Positions 46,087 to 54,894 of a DNA stretch of 64,000 nt are shown here, piece after piece. The translations under genes and the position numbers were made by a program. Origin of the DNA: an uncultured bacterium. Its GTDB lineage: Bacteria > Lernaellota > Lernaellaia > Lernaellales > Lernaellaceae. The notes below the pieces were generated by a model. That model did not search any database, had not been told where the DNA came from, and saw only the letters and a program-made list of their open reading frames with translations. Each line of letters starts with the position of its first letter. Position 1 is the first letter of the stretch. The DNA lies in assembly GCA_964534375.1 (NCBI GenBank), contig CAZHPN010000005.1, positions 2,676-66,675 of the forward strand. Reading direction: 5' to 3'.

Positions 46087-47443
46087 CGTGGACCCGACGA
46101 TCAAAACATACGCGCAAACGCAGGCCGAGTACCAGAACACCTTTGTCGCCACGATCCCCGAGGGCGACGCGGCCGACCCGAACGGGTTTTTTCACGGCCT
46201 GACGCATGCGCTCGCGCAGATCGACACGGGCATCGATGGCCGAATTCAACGCGCGATGATGAACGGCTTCCGCGGGACGGCCGATCCGGACGCGATGGCG
46301 AAAATTGCCGGGCCGGAAATCGGGCCGCCGCTGCCGGCGACGACGGCTTCGATGAACGTGCTCTTGCAGGGGACGCTCGGGGAACCGTTCGACGCGGGTG
46401 TCGAACTGCTCGAACCGAATTCCGGCGTCACAGTCAAAACGACAAGCGGCGGCGCATTTGTGCAGATGCAGGTCACGCAGTTCGTCGGCCTGCTGCCGAT
46501 CATGATGACGCTCAATGCCTGCGTCGTCTCTGCCGTTTCGGAAACGCCGGGCGCGGTCGGCATGCTGAAAAACGGCACGGCGCTGCAGGTGACCAGCAAT
46601 ACGCCGAACGTGCTTTCGAACGCCTCGGTATACGGCGGCGATGCGACCGGCGGCACGGACCAGGAAGACCCCGAGGCGTATCGGCAGCGCGACCTTGATT
46701 GGGTGCAGCACAAGCCGGCCGGCGGCAGAGACGGGGACCTGGCGATGCTGGCGAAATCGCTGCCCGGCATCGTCAAGGCCGTTGACTTCCCGGAACTCGA
46801 CGGTCTCGGCACCCATGCGGTCGCCGTTTGCGGCGCGAACAACGAGCCAGTTTCGGCCGATCAGCTCGCGGCCGTGAGTGCGGCCATCAATGGCCGCGAT
46901 TTTCGGATTGTGGGGATCAAAAATTATTACGCCCTCAATGCGACGCCGCGGTCGGTCGATTTTGCGCTCGCGGTCGAAACCGTCTGGTCGAATATCGGCA
47001 GCCCGAAACTGGTCGTCGCGGGCAGCACCCAAACGGTCGTCAACGTTTCCGACGCATCCGGGATTCGCTCCGGCATGAATATCGTCATCGCCGGCGCCGG
47101 CGTCGGCGGCGTTCCTTTCTGTGCGACCGTGTTGTCGGTCACCGGCAACGCGATCGCGCTCACGAACGCCAGCGCCTGCCCGATCGTGCCGGCGGCCGGC
47201 GCTGTTGTGACCGGGGGCTGCGCGGCGTTCAATACGCTTTATCAGCGCATTTTGCAGATGTTTTACGCGCTCGATCCGGGCGATGCGCTCTCGCCGTCAA
47301 TGTCGGTCGATCAATTCACGTTGGCGCAAATCACCGACGTAACAATTCTCGCGCCGGTCGCCACGGTGCGGCCGGTTGTCAGCGCGGATGTCGTGGAAAT
47401 TTGCACCCCGGGCGCAATCCTCATTGTGCCGATGGAGTCTTAA
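46061..47443 (+). CDS. Baseplate J-like protein (Mu gp47-like)
   Basis: 460 aa; canonical position. An alternative GTG start at 46088 would avoid the 26-nt overlap with the upstream gene. Confidence 0.55.
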   Translation: MSSPRSGIDVDPTIKTYAQTQAEYQNTFVATIPEGDAADPNGFFHGLTHALAQIDTGIDGRIQRAMMNGFRGTADPDAMAKIAGPEIGPPLPATTASMNVLLQGTLGEPFDAGVELLEPNSGVTVKTTSGGAFVQMQVTQFVGLLPIMMTLNACVVSAVSETPGAVGMLKNGTALQVTSNTPNVLSNASVYGGDATGGTDQEDPEAYRQRDLDWVQHKPAGGRDGDLAMLAKSLPGIVKAVDFPELDGLGTHAVAVCGANNEPVSADQLAAVSAAINGRDFRIVGIKNYYALNATPRSVDFALAVETVWSNIGSPKLVVAGSTQTVVNVSDASGIRSGMNIVIAGAGVGGVPFCATVLSVTGNAIALTNASACPIVPAAGAVVTGGCAAFNTLYQRILQMFYALDPGDALSPSMSVDQFTLAQITDVTILAPVATVRPVVSADVVEICTPGAILIVPMES

Positions 47444-47444
47444 T

Positions 47445-48713
47445 ATGGCCCCCACTACCGACGATGTCGTTCTCGATTTTTACCCGGTTGCGGGAATTCC
47501 GCTCGGTCGCCAGACGACGCTGACGGGCCTGCTGACCGCGGCGCAACAGCTTTATGGCCGCGGCGTCCTGCGCCTGCAGGCTGTGACCTTCGACCCGTCC
47601 ACAATTGCGGTTCCTGCGCCGGACGCGCTCTATCTCATTCACCCAGCGGCCTCGCAAAATCCCGGACATCTGGCGGCATTCACCAGTGCGGATTCGCAAT
47701 GGCATATTTCGACGTATCCGATCGGCGACGCCATTGTCACTCTCGCCGGTGACGACGGCGTGCACGAGCCGGGAATGCGTTATGCGCTGCTCGATGGCTT
47801 GTTCTGGCCGCTCGACCCGGGGATTCCCCGTCACGTCGTGGACATCGGCGCCATCCATCCGCCGGCCAGTCCAATTGTCGGCGGCCTTTATATCCTCGGT
47901 GATTCTGCCGCGCGCACGGGCGCCTGGGGCGGCACAGGTTCGATCAATCGCGCGCTCTGGAACGGAACGTCCTGGGTTTTTTACGGGGGCGACCTTGGCG
48001 ACTTAAACGGCGGATGTCTGCTTCGCGTGGACGCCGCCGACAACCCAACCGTCGCCGCCCCCGGATTGTATTGGTGGCGCGGAGGCGCTTTCGTTCCGCG
48101 GTTGATCAAATCTGATGCGCTGCCCGGCGATATCGATCTGACGATTCATAACATGATCCCGGACGTTTCAGGCGTCACCGCGCCGGGTCTCTGGGTCGTC
48201 GGGCCGGATGATGGGATTCCGACGCTCTATTTGGCCGTTCCCGGCGGCAATCCGATTCGCCTCGGTCAATTGTGCGGAATTCAAATCGCCGACGTGGCCG
48301 GGCTCTCGGACGCGCTGGCGGCGGCCGGCGGCCCGCAGCGCACCTATGCCCGCAACGTCAATCTGGTGCAGGCAAATAGCTTCGTCGATTTCGATGCGAC
48401 GATTACCGTGCCGGACGGCAAAAAGTGCATCTTCACGAATCTATATAGCTGGGTGCAGAGCGGCGGCACGGTCCAGTTTCTCAACGGTGACGCGCTTTAT
48501 ATCGTCAGCGCAGGTTTGACCGTTCTCGCCGGCCACACGCAGCCGACGCAATTGCAGCATATCTGGCAGACCATCATCCGCGCGCTGACCAACGTGGACG
48601 GCCCGATCGAGAGCGGCGTGACGCCGCGCATCGAGATCGATGGGGCGGACAGCGGGGCGGACGCCGCGGGCCTCGCGACCTTCATGCTCGAATATATTTT
48701 TGTGGATGCGTAA
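47445..48713 (+). CDS. Tail protein (baseplate wedge / fibre-proximal)
   Basis: 422 aa; start overlaps the upstream stop. Confidence 0.45.
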   Translation: MAPTTDDVVLDFYPVAGIPLGRQTTLTGLLTAAQQLYGRGVLRLQAVTFDPSTIAVPAPDALYLIHPAASQNPGHLAAFTSADSQWHISTYPIGDAIVTLAGDDGVHEPGMRYALLDGLFWPLDPGIPRHVVDIGAIHPPASPIVGGLYILGDSAARTGAWGGTGSINRALWNGTSWVFYGGDLGDLNGGCLLRVDAADNPTVAAPGLYWWRGGAFVPRLIKSDALPGDIDLTIHNMIPDVSGVTAPGLWVVGPDDGIPTLYLAVPGGNPIRLGQLCGIQIADVAGLSDALAAAGGPQRTYARNVNLVQANSFVDFDATITVPDGKKCIFTNLYSWVQSGGTVQFLNGDALYIVSAGLTVLAGHTQPTQLQHIWQTIIRALTNVDGPIESGVTPRIEIDGADSGADAAGLATFMLEYIFVDA

Positions 48714-49604
48714 ATGTCCCAATTCGGCGCACTCGGCTTTCCGTTCGACACCATCGGCTTCGCGCCGCCGGCCCCCGCTGCGCCGATCGGCGCGACGATG
48801 ACGCCGGATGTGACGAGCCTCCATGCCGCCGAGATACTCACGCTCACCGCGACCGCCGGTGTCTTTCCGATGAACCCGACGGCGACGATCGACGGAGTGG
48901 CGGCCGTCAAAATTGTGCGCGTCGATGACACGACGCTGGCGGTGACCACGGCGCAATTCATGCGCACGAACGAACGCGCCGACGTGATGATTTATGACGC
49001 CGGCGCGCCGATCGCGCAGGCGTCGATCGCCGTCCGGGACGAATTTTTGAAAATTCTGCTGGCCGCGACCGAGCGCGCCTGGTCGCCCGAGCCATCGTCG
49101 GTCGGCTACCGCGTACTCGCGGCGATCGCCGCGGGCCGCGAGCGCCGCAATGAATTGAATCGACGCTGCCACGACCAGATTTGCCCGGAGTCGGCCGACG
49201 CGATCGAGGGGCTGCCGGACTTCGAGCGGGACCTGGCGCTCGCCGCGCGCGAGGACCTCTCGGCGGCGCAACGCCGCGCGCGGGTGCGCGCCAAGCTCAA
49301 CGAATCGCCATCGCTGGCCTGGGGCGCGGTGCTCGATGCACTCGCGCCGTTTCTCGTCGGCTGCGCCGGCGCGGATTTGCCCGTCATTCACGAGCTCGAA
49401 AATTATGACGTTTATGGCGATTTGATCTGGTTTTTCTGGGTCGAAATCACCGATGCAATTATCAATGGCCCTGCGTGGGATTGGTCCTCGGCCGAGCAGG
49501 CGATTCGCGACGTGAAGCCCGGCTTCGCCGGTTTTTGCCTCGGCCGCCGCGGCTTTTTCGCCGGCATCAGCGGCGCCGGCCGCGACGCGGTCGCATACGT
49601 GTAA
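48714..49604 (+). CDS. Tail protein with DUF2313/YmfQ-like C-terminal region
   Basis: LPDFERDLALAAREDLSAAQRRARVRAKL resembles the DUF2313 pattern. Confidence 0.4.
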   Translation: MSQFGALGFPFDTIGFAPPAPAAPIGATMTPDVTSLHAAEILTLTATAGVFPMNPTATIDGVAAVKIVRVDDTTLAVTTAQFMRTNERADVMIYDAGAPIAQASIAVRDEFLKILLAATERAWSPEPSSVGYRVLAAIAAGRERRNELNRRCHDQICPESADAIEGLPDFERDLALAAREDLSAAQRRARVRAKLNESPSLAWGAVLDALAPFLVGCAGADLPVIHELENYDVYGDLIWFFWVEITDAIINGPAWDWSSAEQAIRDVKPGFAGFCLGRRGFFAGISGAGRDAVAYV

Positions 49605-49615
49605 GAGAGGAATAA

Positions 49616-50809
49616 ATGCAAAACGGCAAGCAATTCGAAACCCCCGACGGCGGCCCGATTTTTCCGTCCTATTTCAACTCGCTTTTTCGTCTATTCAAAA
49701 ACGGACTCCGGCCGGGCCTCTTCTGCGATGCGGCCTCATTGCTCGGCGCGCTGACCGCGACCGCGGCCACGCGCCTGACAATGACGGCGCCGAACGCGGC
49801 CGACGGCGAGTTCATTTATTCGGCCGGGATGTTCCTGACTGACGTCAACCAGGCCTTCGTCGATTTCGGCGTCGGCGACGCCGCCGGTCCCTATACCCTC
49901 TATATCGACGCCTCCGAAAACACGGCCGCGCCGTTTCCGCGCTTCGAAATCTTCCTGCGCAAGTTCCAGATCGGCGGGGGGGACGGCTCGGCGGCCAACA
50001 ATTGCCTCGCGATCGGCGTGGCGAATTGGGACGGAACGACGGCGACTATCGATCCGGTTCTCACCGCCGCGCTCCGCAAGGCCGCGCTCGGAATTCTCGA
50101 TCTGACGCGCCTTTATGCCAATCCGCAGGCCCTGCGCGATCTCGACAAAATGACCTGGGGCGACGGCGTCCGGCTCGGCGGCGAGCCCGCCGAAGACCCG
50201 ACGGCGAGTGTGAATCCCGAAGGCGTCAATGTGTTCCTCGGGCGCCTTTGCTCGCTCTTTTTCGGGCCGTCCGGCAACATCAAAATGGGGGCCGGCGGCC
50301 AGATTATCCTCAGCGACGGCAACGGCGGTTCGGTCCAAGTGGGTGATGCGCTGCTGCGCATCATCGCCGGCGCGTTGGCGCTCGACGGCTCCCCGCTGCA
50401 ACTCGACCAGACCTCGCCGATCGTCTTCGGAGCCTCCGACGCTCCGCAGCACCAAGGCGACAAGAATGTGCTGACCGTCGAGCACATCGCCAAGGTCGAT
50501 GCATATGCCCCATACGCCGCTTGGGGCGCGCCCGGCGGCGTGGCCGATATTAGCGGGATCGGAGTGGACTCGATCTTCAATTCGGCCGAAGGCGTTTATG
50601 TGGTCAATTTTCTGCATGCCTTTGCCGTTCCGCAAACCTATCGTTTGCACGTAGATTCCGATTATTGGGTGGCGCCGTGGTACTTCGTCGCCAGTCCGAA
50701 AGCCGCGGGCTCGGTGACTTTGGCGTTCTATTTTTGGGATAATACGACCAATGCTTACGTGCTGCGGAATACCTCGTTTTCAATTTACGCCAGCGGGGTG
50801 CTGGCCTAA
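49616..50809 (+). CDS. Putative tail fibre protein
   Basis: 397-aa Gly/Ala-rich protein; last structural gene. Confidence 0.45.
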   Translation: MQNGKQFETPDGGPIFPSYFNSLFRLFKNGLRPGLFCDAASLLGALTATAATRLTMTAPNAADGEFIYSAGMFLTDVNQAFVDFGVGDAAGPYTLYIDASENTAAPFPRFEIFLRKFQIGGGDGSAANNCLAIGVANWDGTTATIDPVLTAALRKAALGILDLTRLYANPQALRDLDKMTWGDGVRLGGEPAEDPTASVNPEGVNVFLGRLCSLFFGPSGNIKMGAGGQIILSDGNGGSVQVGDALLRIIAGALALDGSPLQLDQTSPIVFGASDAPQHQGDKNVLTVEHIAKVDAYAPYAAWGAPGGVADISGIGVDSIFNSAEGVYVVNFLHAFAVPQTYRLHVDSDYWVAPWYFVASPKAAGSVTLAFYFWDNTTNAYVLRNTSFSIYASGVLA

Positions 50810-50844
50810 TGCGATCCGAGAGGACCCTCGGCTCGAATGATCGG

Positions 50845-51333
50845 CTAGCCCGGAGTGCAGTCCGACGGCGGCCCGGCAATGCCTTCTTGCACCAACGCGA
50901 CAAAACAATTGCTCATAATCTGGCAACTGGAACCGGCGTAATAAATGCACTGTCCGAGCTGCTGCGTCACGCCATACGGAACTTGGTTGTTTTCGCAAGC
51001 CGAAACGAACTGGGCCTCGGTGCAGCCGACGATCCCGAGGCCGCATTTCGTGCAGAAAGCGTCGTAGAGGGATTGGCAGGTCGGTCCGCTGTCGTCGTCA
51101 TCGTCGTCGTTGTCGTCATTGTCATCATCATCGTCGTCGTCATCGGCCGCATCGTTATCGTCGTCGGCCGCATCGTCGTCGATCGTAGCGTCATCATCGG
51201 CGGTCGGCGAGCCGTCGTCGTCGGCGGCGACGTAAATGTTATTCGTGGTCTTGGCGCCGGGAGCGCACGTCGCCAGGAGCAAGAGGCAGCCGGCCAGGAG
51301 CAAGGACGCGATCGCGACAGTCAGGGCCTTCAT
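50845..51333 (-). CDS. Prophage-encoded secreted Cys-rich lipoprotein with poly-Asp linker (moron)
   Basis: Lipobox LLAGC, then a D-rich stretch ADDDGSPTADDDATIDDDAADDDNDAADDDDDDDDNDDNDDDDDD, then a C-terminal domain with 12 Cys. Convergent with the fibre gene. Confidence 0.5.
   Translation of the reverse strand: MKALTVAIASLLLAGCLLLLATCAPGAKTTNNIYVAADDDGSPTADDDATIDDDAADDDNDAADDDDDDDDNDDNDDDDDDSGPTCQSLYDAFCTKCGLGIVGCTEAQFVSACENNQVPYGVTQQLGQCIYYAGSSCQIMSNCFVALVQEGIAGPPSDCTPG
51091..51225 (-). repeat. GAC-rich trinucleotide repeat tract (poly-Asp)
   Basis: gtcgtcgtcatcgtcgtc... on the + strand. Confidence 0.85.
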
Positions 51334-51449
51334 CTCAATCTCCCATTTTCAAACGTGATGAGCGGATTCTCCCGCCGCAGGCAGAAGAATGTCAAGGGCG
51401 GTATTCACGGGCGTTCGCGCGAATTCGTGATTTTAAAAAGGAGTCCTAA

Positions 51450-51917
51450 ATGAGCGACCTCGGCCGAAAACTTCTCAATACCGCCAAATCCTACCTGGGC
51501 GTGCGCCGCGAACCGGGCACGTGCCCGCCCGCGATCGCCGAATTTCTCGCGGCCGTTGGCATGCCGCCGAACGAAACGCTGGCCTGGTGCAAAGCGTTTT
51601 TCACTTTCGTTTGCCAGCAGTGCGGCGTGGCCATCGACACGCACCCGAACGCCCGCGCGCTGCTCTCCGACCCGGACTGGCAACGCGTCGAGCCAGCCGA
51701 CGTGCAGGCCGGCGACGCGGCCGTTTTCTGGCGCGGCGACCCGAAGGGCTGGGAAGGCCACATTGCATTTGTCGCCGAGCCGCCTGGGAGCGCTGGCGTT
51801 CCCGCCGGCTTTTTGCGCGTCCTCGGCGGCAACCAGGCGTCATCCGTGTGCTATGAGAATTTCCCGGTCAACCGCGTGCTGGCCTATCTGCGGCCGAAGG
51901 AGCAAGCCGATGCCTAA
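51450..51917 (+). CDS. CHAP/NlpC-P60-like cysteine peptidase (TIGR02594-like; endolysin or PG hydrolase candidate)
   Basis: Catalytic Cys context LAWCKAFFTFVC and His context WEGHIAFV; 155 aa. Confidence 0.6.
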   Translation: MSDLGRKLLNTAKSYLGVRREPGTCPPAIAEFLAAVGMPPNETLAWCKAFFTFVCQQCGVAIDTHPNARALLSDPDWQRVEPADVQAGDAAVFWRGDPKGWEGHIAFVAEPPGSAGVPAGFLRVLGGNQASSVCYENFPVNRVLAYLRPKEQADA

Positions 51918-52179
51918 ACAACGCGAGTGCCATTGCCCCTGCTGCGGCTCCGCGGCCGTCCCAACCTATGCGGCCGGCCCGGCTGAGGGTTCGGTCCTTT
52001 GGGTTGAAGTTACAAGGTGCACCGATTGCGGCTTTGCCGTTCATTATCCGAAAAACGCCGCGACCTACGAGGCCGGCCTCTCGCGCACGTATTTCGCGAT
52101 GATCCGCGAGCTGCTCGAACTCTACGACAAGGCGCCCCCGGCGTGCGATCGCAACGTGCTGCCCGGACGGCAGGCGTGA
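51910..52179 (+). CDS. Zinc-ribbon protein
   Basis: 89 aa, CHCPCCGS ... CTDCGF; start overlaps the CHAP stop by 8 nt. Confidence 0.4.
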   Translation: MPKQRECHCPCCGSAAVPTYAAGPAEGSVLWVEVTRCTDCGFAVHYPKNAATYEAGLSRTYFAMIRELLELYDKAPPACDRNVLPGRQA

Positions 52180-52299
52180 ACGCTCTTTACGATCATCTTC
52201 ACGTCGAAGTGCACCCCGGAACGGGAGCGTAATATCACAACTTCCGCGCGCCAGTTTTCACCCAACGCCCCGACGCCGATCGAGCACGTCGCCGGCGTC

Positions 52300-53040
52300 A
52301 TGGTCAAACGCGATGATCTTTTCGAAGTCGCCGGCGTGTGCGGCGGTAAAGCACGGGCCTGTCTGGGTTTGGTGCGAAGAGCCCCAAAGCCGCGGCTCGG
52401 TCTCGTCACGGCCGGCGCGGCCGCATCGCCGCAGGTAAATATCGTGGCCCACATTGGCGCGGAATTGGGTCTGCCGGTGCGGGCGCACGTGCCGAAAACG
52501 AAGGTACTGTCGCCGGAAATTGCGGCGGCGAAGGCCCGCGGTGCGGAGATCATTCAGCACGCGCCTGGCTACAACACCGTGATCGTCGCGCGCTGCCGCG
52601 CCGACGCTCGCGCTCGGGGCTGGATCGAGATCCCATTCGGCATGGAGTGCCCCGAGGCCGTCATACAGACGTGGCAGCAGGCGGCGCTGCTGCCCTGGGG
52701 CCAATTCAAACGGATCGTCATGCCCTGCGGCTCGGGAATGAGCCTCGCCGGCGTCCTCTGGGCCCTGAAAGAATCGGGATGCAGAACGCCGGTGATTGCG
52801 GTGCGTGTCGGCGCGGACCCGAGCAAGCGGCTCGATGAGTACGCGCCGGATGAATGGCGGGCGATGGTTCAGATCGTCGATTCGGGAACGGGCTACAAAA
52901 TGGCCGCAGAAACGCAATGGAACGGAATCACCCTCGATCCGCACTATGAAGCAAAGGCGGCGAGGTTCGTGCAGCCGGACGATCTTTTTTGGATCGTCGG
53001 GCTGCGGCAGACGGTTAAGCGCTCTTTAACAACTGAATAA
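52300..53040 (+). CDS. Compact PLP-dependent fold-type-II enzyme, D-cysteine desulfhydrase / ACC deaminase-like
   Basis: VKRDDLFEVAGVCGGKARACLGLV...LGLVTAGAAASPQVNIVAHIGAELGL aligns with DcyD [22 protein letters not shown] ... [24 protein letters not shown], including the PLP lysine. 246 aa versus ~330 typical. The in-frame upstream peptide ...PTPIEHVAGV continues the homology but has no start codon. Confidence 0.6.
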   Translation: MVKRDDLFEVAGVCGGKARACLGLVRRAPKPRLGLVTAGAAASPQVNIVAHIGAELGLPVRAHVPKTKVLSPEIAAAKARGAEIIQHAPGYNTVIVARCRADARARGWIEIPFGMECPEAVIQTWQQAALLPWGQFKRIVMPCGSGMSLAGVLWALKESGCRTPVIAVRVGADPSKRLDEYAPDEWRAMVQIVDSGTGYKMAAETQWNGITLDPHYEAKAARFVQPDDLFWIVGLRQTVKRSLTTE

Positions 53041-53063
53041 TGACGGTTTTTTAGGTGTAAAAA

Positions 53064-53082
53064 CGCCCCGAAAAAAAGGGGC
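53064..53082. terminator. Hairpin CGCCCC-gaaaaaaa-GGGGC with flanking T/A runs (bidirectional terminator-like)
   Basis: 25 nt after the PLP-enzyme stop. Confidence 0.3.
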
Positions 53083-53196
53083 AGAGTTGGCATGTTAGCG
53101 CATGCCGAACCGACGACGCTTGCACGTCGCCCCGACGAAGCCGGCTGCCCCTAGCGAGAACACAGGCATTCTAGCCGGCGAAAAAGGGATGACAAG

Positions 53197-54099
53197 ATGC
53201 AGTCTTCATTGCGTGATTCGTTCATCGTGCCGCCGTTCAGCGTTCTGGATGCGCGGCAGGGTTATTGGCAGGAGCGGAAACGGCGCTGGCTCGAGCTGAT
53301 CGGCGAAATGCGGCCGACGTGCCCGCAGCCGCTGTTTCACGACGTTTCGATCGGCGGGAAAACCAAGAAGATCAAGGACGGCAAAAACCTCTCGATTTTC
53401 GACCCGGTTCTTGCCGAAGTGCTTTTGCATTGGTTCTGCCCCGTCGCCGGCGACGTGTTCGATCCGTTCGGCGGCGAGGCGGTCAAGGGCATCGTGGCGG
53501 CGACGTGCGGCCGGCAATATTTCGGCGTCGAAATTCGGCCGGCGCAGGTCTGGGAAAATCGGCGCATCGCCAAGCGTCTCGGCGCGACGCGTTGCACCTG
53601 GTTGATCGGAGACGCCGGCAAGCTCGCCGCGCTCGTGGCGGCGCAGCGGACCTTCGATTTTGTGTTTTCTTCACCGCCATATTGGAACCTCGAACGCTAC
53701 CGCGGGCCGCGCGGCGATCTCTCCGAGGCGCGCGATTACGGGTCATTCCTGGCCGCCTTTGAGCGCATCGTTTGCCTCTCGGCCGAGCGGCTGCGGCCCG
53801 GCCGGTTCATGGCGATCAAGGTCGGGAATTTCCGCGATCGCCGCGGGGCGCTGATCGATTTTGTGGGCGACACGGCGCGTTGCGGCGCGGCGGCCGGCCT
53901 GGCGTTCTACAACCAATACGTTCTCGCCGGCGTGAATGGCGCCGCGCCGCTGCGAGGACGCGGCATGATGCGCACGCGCAAATGCGCCCCGACCCATCAG
54001 GCGGTGCTGGTCTTTTTCAAGGGCAACCCGCGCGAGTTCGATCGGCGCGCGTTCCCGGAGATCAAGAGATACGATGATCCGCTTCCGGCTGCGGAATAA
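53197..54099 (+). CDS. DNA methyltransferase-like protein (motif I FDPFGGE, motif IV SSPPYW; N6-A / N4-C class)
   Basis: 300 aa. An AdoMet-binding FxGxG-type motif is followed ~85 aa later by an S-P-P-Y catalytic motif. Confidence 0.6.
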   Translation: MQSSLRDSFIVPPFSVLDARQGYWQERKRRWLELIGEMRPTCPQPLFHDVSIGGKTKKIKDGKNLSIFDPVLAEVLLHWFCPVAGDVFDPFGGEAVKGIVAATCGRQYFGVEIRPAQVWENRRIAKRLGATRCTWLIGDAGKLAALVAAQRTFDFVFSSPPYWNLERYRGPRGDLSEARDYGSFLAAFERIVCLSAERLRPGRFMAIKVGNFRDRRGALIDFVGDTARCGAAAGLAFYNQYVLAGVNGAAPLRGRGMMRTRKCAPTHQAVLVFFKGNPREFDRRAFPEIKRYDDPLPAAE

Positions 54100-54625
54100 G
54101 GCGCTGCGGGCGCGGGTCATCGCCGACCACCTGGCGAAACTCGGCCAGACGCGCTGCCTCGTATATTCGTGCGGCAATGCGGCGCGCGAATTGCGCCGCG
54201 TCGGCCTCGACGTTGTCGAGGTTGGCGCGGCCGGCGCCCTGATCGCCCAGCGGGAGCTTGATTGCGAGGAAATGCTCCTCACGCACCCCGGGCTTTTCAA
54301 CGCGACCAGCGGCCATTTGTCGCCGGCGTTGATGGCGCGCCTGGCGGACGTGTTCCGCCAGTGGCTGCCACCCAAAATTCTAGGTTCGAGCGAGCCGGTT
54401 TGGTGCCCTTGCGGCAGCGGCGAGACGCTGGTCGCCCTGGCGGCGAGCCTCGGTTTCCGCCGTCTGCGGGCGATCATTTCGGCCGATATTCCGGCCATCA
54501 ACTTCGGAATGACGCCGCTCGCCGGAGTCATCGCCGCGAACGTGCCGGTCTTCGACTGGCGCGATATTTCAGCGGACATCGATCGCCGGCGCGGCTGGCT
54601 GGTCGATACAGGATTCGCAGAGTGA
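54074..54625 (+). CDS. Hypothetical protein with PLP fold-type-II-like motifs
   Basis: LVYSCGNAARELRRVGLDVVEV (compare SsGNHg.A.aAa..G) and VWCPCGSGETLVALAASLGF (compare a glycine-rich loop); 183 aa; overlaps the MTase 3' end. Confidence 0.35.
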   Translation: MIRFRLRNKALRARVIADHLAKLGQTRCLVYSCGNAARELRRVGLDVVEVGAAGALIAQRELDCEEMLLTHPGLFNATSGHLSPALMARLADVFRQWLPPKILGSSEPVWCPCGSGETLVALAASLGFRRLRAIISADIPAINFGMTPLAGVIAANVPVFDWRDISADIDRRRGWLVDTGFAE

Positions 54626-54740
54626 AAAACGGTTGCTAAACGGCCATAAAACGCTGTTTAGAAAGCCGTGAAGAGTGAGTCAAAATTCTGACAGCGGCCG
54701 ATTCGTAGGAGAACCGGTCGCTATTTGTGCGCCTGGAGTG

Positions 54741-54796
54741 CGTTTTCTTTTTGCAAACCAAATGCACATTTTTTTCAAACCGCACGCGCGTCAACA
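54741..54796. repeat. Right end: terminal inverted repeat plus two subterminal repeats (putative transposase-binding sites)
   Basis: cgttttctttttgcaaacc and catttttttcaaaccgcacgcgcgtcaaca are reverse complements of the GGTTTGCAAAAA... sites at the left end. Confidence 0.65.
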
Positions 54797-54801
54797 ACAG
54801 A
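54797..54801. repeat. Right target-site duplication ACAGA
   Basis: Identical to 13126..13130. Confidence 0.7.
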
Positions 54802-54894
54802 GATCCGGGATCGGTCGCCGACTCGACTATTCGCGAGCAAGTGGTCCGGAGGGTAAGAATGTGTCCTTTTCTCGGGGCAGGGCGAAAATATGTC

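Larger units (their letters stand above)
13131..54796. mobile_element. Mu-like transposable prophage (41,666 bp), apparently intact
   Basis: Termini TGTTAACGCGCACGGGATATGCAAAAAGCGG (left) and the reverse complement of the right end TGTTGACGCGCGTGCGGTTTGAAAAAAATG align at ~22/31 positions. 5-bp TSD. Mu gene order: repressor, Ner-position gene, DDE transposase, MuB ATPase, semi-essential early region, lysis, terminase, portal, F, protease/scaffold, major head, G, sheath, tube, tape measure, N/P/baseplate, fibres. Confidence 0.8.

Noticed and set aside
50810-50844. Considered the short gap after the tail-fibre gene as the prophage right boundary, which would make the CHAP/PLP/MTase block host DNA.
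   Set aside because: The terminal inverted repeat with transposase-site repeats and the matching ACAGA duplication are found at 54741..54801, placing the block inside the element.
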